28,083 nucleotides of DNA, from NCBI GenBank assembly GCA_041305005.1, contig JBFYMH010000011.1, positions 1 to 28,083 on the forward strand, given 5' to 3'. Below, in pieces: positions 26,349 through 28,083 of the stretch. The notes below the pieces were generated by a model that worked only from the letters and a program-made list of their open reading frames with translations, did no database searches and had not been told where the DNA came from. This DNA comes from Thermoplasmatales archaeon (GTDB lineage: Archaea > Thermoplasmatota > E2 > DHVEG-1). Each line of letters opens with the position of its first letter. The stretch's first letter is position 1. The position numbers and the translations under genes were made by a program.

Positions 26349-26873
26349 ATGAAAAACATATCTTGGCTTTATGTTTTGATGATACTAATTGGTTTAATCA
26401 TATTGGTGTTATCAATATGGGATGTAATTTTTGATCAGGGCAGTGTTATTTTTATGGTCGGGTTATACGCCATTGTTGTTTTCATCTTCGCTGTTTTTAT
26501 AATCTCTAAATCCAGAAAGTCGTCTTTGGAGAGAACTACTGTTGAGGAGTTTGAGAAAACCCTCGGCGGTAAATTGTATCATTTTAAATGCCCGAGTTGC
26601 AGCGGTATTTTTGCAATTAAAAAATCAAAGCATAACAACAAAAAACCGTTCAAAATGACATGTCCTGATTGCGGGTCGGTCGGTTTGATATCACCAACTC
26701 CCAGATATGTGGAAGAAGAGATACCTGAAAAAAAATCTGTTAATGTTAATCTAAAATGTGGTAAATGTGGAGAAGGCGTAACAATTTGGGCTGAGGGCAC
26801 TGATCTTCGCCAAGATGTGTGTGTGTATTCGTGTCCATATTGTGGTGTGGAAAAAACTCTTAATAAAATCTAA
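26349..26873 (+). CDS. Membrane protein with two N-terminal TM helices and a C-terminal double zinc ribbon
   Basis: Two hydrophobic helices, then four CxxC motifs (CPSC, CPDC, CGKC, CPYC). 2-nt gap from the upstream gene and RBS AGGAGG at 26335-26340. Confidence 0.8.
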   Translation: MKNISWLYVLMILIGLIILVLSIWDVIFDQGSVIFMVGLYAIVVFIFAVFIISKSRKSSLERTTVEEFEKTLGGKLYHFKCPSCSGIFAIKKSKHNNKKPFKMTCPDCGSVGLISPTPRYVEEEIPEKKSVNVNLKCGKCGEGVTIWAEGTDLRQDVCVYSCPYCGVEKTLNKI

Positions 26874-28083
26874 ACTTTGTGTCTAATTTTTACAGCTTCG
26901 CCATGTGTGGATTCTTTCATTTCATCTCCGTTCATCAACGCTACGCCTACTGCGCATAGTTTCTTGTTTTTTATTACTAGAACTTCGTCACCGATTCTAA
27001 TTGACTCGTCTGCATCTTTTATTCCTGGTGCAAATACTGAACCTATTAATGTGAAGTCGTCGTATATGTTTACCAGGTTGTATTTAGAATCTAGTATTTT
27101 GTTTGCCCCGTCTAATGTAAGTGAGATTAGTCCTCTTTGTTGTATTATCATTCCTAGTTGTTTGTTGTTTTGTGTTATCTTTATTTCAGGGTATCTTCCT
27201 TTTATGTTGCAGTCTGCTAGTAGTTTTTTTGCTGTTTCTTTCCCAAATTGGTAGGATGCAAGTGATTCAAAATCTTCTTTTGCCCTCTCCTTTGTGTCTA
27301 CTCTGTTGTATGCGTCTGTTGTTTTCTTTAAAACATTTGATAGTTTTTCTAAAGATTTTTCTGAGGTTGGGTTGTCTTCAACACATGTATTTATCGGGTT
27401 TTTTAAAAGATCCGTTATAAACTCTCTTACTGCTGTGGGGAGATGTATGATTACTTTTTCGTATTTGTTGATTTTTAAGTAATATTTTAGTAACGTTCTA
27501 ATCATCTTTTTTTCGTCTTCATCCCATACGCCTGTTACGGGGATGTCGTATGCGGATGCAGGATATGTTGATTCTAACTCTCTAGGTACAACGCCTAAAG
27601 GAGACGTTATTATTACATCATGAACGACGTAAGGATTTTTCAAGTCGTATAGTTGTTCTTTGAATAGTTTATGTGATTTTGAAAATGAATAGGGTTTTTT
27701 TGCAGAACATGGGAGTAGAAGAAGTATCTTGGTTGATTTTGGTTTGTGATATCTATCTATAACGCGTTCTTGGAATCGCCTTATTTCAGGTCTGTATAGT
27801 GATTCTTTTGTTGTGGCGATAAGTTGGCTTGTGCGTACTAAAGGTGTTCTTTTTTCTAAAAAACTGTAGTGGTTAAAGTCAAGGTTTCTTAGCATTGCTG
27901 TTAGTCCGGGGCTTGTTCTTACTCTTGTTTCAACAAGTTCGCGTAAACAACCTGTGGAAATTGCGTTTCTTATCTTTTTTATCTCGCTTTGTATGGCGTA
28001 GTAGTTGTGATCCAGTATTTGTTGGAATTTCATATCAGATGGTTTTCCTTGAAGTTTGTTACAGGATGGGCAACTGCACGGTA
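26870..28083 (-). CDS. arcS: Archaeosine synthase subunit alpha (ArcS), 5' end outside the window
   Basis: Signature PC-x3-KPY-x2-S-x2-H (PCSAKKPYSFSKSH), TSPLGVVPRELE, and a C-terminal PUA domain (FAPGI...IRIGDEV). The frame stays open upstream of 28033 and reads PCSCPSC...HN (TGT-type Zn site), so ATG 28033 is internal. Confidence 0.9.
   Translation of the reverse strand, partial: PCSCPSCNKLQGKPSDMKFQQILDHNYYAIQSEIKKIRNAISTGCLRELVETRVRTSPGLTAMLRNLDFNHYSFLEKRTPLVRTSQLIATTKESLYRPEIRRFQERVIDRYHKPKSTKILLLLPCSAKKPYSFSKSHKLFKEQLYDLKNPYVVHDVIITSPLGVVPRELESTYPASAYDIPVTGVWDEDEKKMIRTLLKYYLKINKYEKVIIHLPTAVREFITDLLKNPINTCVEDNPTSEKSLEKLSNVLKKTTDAYNRVDTKERAKEDFESLASYQFGKETAKKLLADCNIKGRYPEIKITQNNKQLGMIIQQRGLISLTLDGANKILDSKYNLVNIYDDFTLIGSVFAPGIKDADESIRIGDEVLVIKNKKLCAVGVALMNGDEMKESTHGEAVKIRHKV

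Noticed and set aside
26870-26873. Convergent genes overlapping by 4 nt through their stop codons (CTAA)
   Set aside because: Real, but a common compact-genome arrangement with no further signal.
1868-27482. Short ORF-track entries overlapping larger genes (e.g. 1868..2050, 2673..2858, 6472..6711, 8382..8606, 12857..13123, 13290..13694, 14002..14199, 15205..15444, 15778..16062, 16254..16517, 17782..17973, 18175..18492, 19610..19795, 20354..20539, 20555..20827, 20807..21151, 22703..22963, 23908..26261 set, 26579..27482 set)
   Set aside because: They are antisense or off-frame shadows of well-supported genes, with no recognisable motifs or expression signals.
20843-28083. Functional link between the putative lysine-pathway homoaconitase and ArcS, which uses lysine
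   Set aside because: They are 4 kb apart, on opposite strands and separated by unrelated genes. Proximity is best explained by chance.
1-28083. tRNA, rRNA, CRISPR array, transposase or integrase
   Set aside because: Intergenic gaps are all under ~200 nt and AT-rich. I saw no cloverleaf, regularly spaced repeat or mobile-element motif.

Overview
AT-rich archaeal genomic DNA. Archaeal origin is supported by the archaeosine synthase ArcS, single-domain KaiC-like ATPases, a class III signal-peptide pilin-like gene, BRE/TATA promoters and GGAGG/GAGGTG ribosome-binding sites. Thermoplasmatota is a guess. Bases ~1-15.4 kb are a cell-surface glycosylation locus: two GT1-type, GT2 and GT4 glycosyltransferases, a CE4 deacetylase, two sulfotransferases, an AlkP-superfamily enzyme, a GT-C membrane transferase, two 4-TM EamA/SMR half-transporters, a polyprenol-phosphate GT2, wecB and a UPF0104 flippase-like protein. 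Bases ~15.5-28.1 kb are mixed: fprA, a flavodoxin, an ICMT-family methyltransferase, two KaiC-like ATPases flanking a 75-aa unknown gene, a pilin-like gene, a two-subunit LeuCD-family hydratase with homoaconitase-type signatures, a gamma carbonic anhydrase, a 1015-aa CARDB surface glycoprotein coupled to a membrane double-zinc-ribbon protein, and arcS. The first and last genes are cut by the window edges. I found no rRNA, tRNA, CRISPR array or mobile element. The best leads are (1) an Arn-like lipid-carrier relay, possibly for ManNAc, whose flippase halves show opposite charge bias, (2) a KaiC pair in which one copy lacks the catalytic EE motif, (3) a 104-nt perfectly identical tract between two otherwise diverged glycosyltransferase paralogs, and (4) fungal-Lys4-like homoaconitase subunits lying in frame across a single TAG. 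All family calls come from motif recognition from memory, not database searches.
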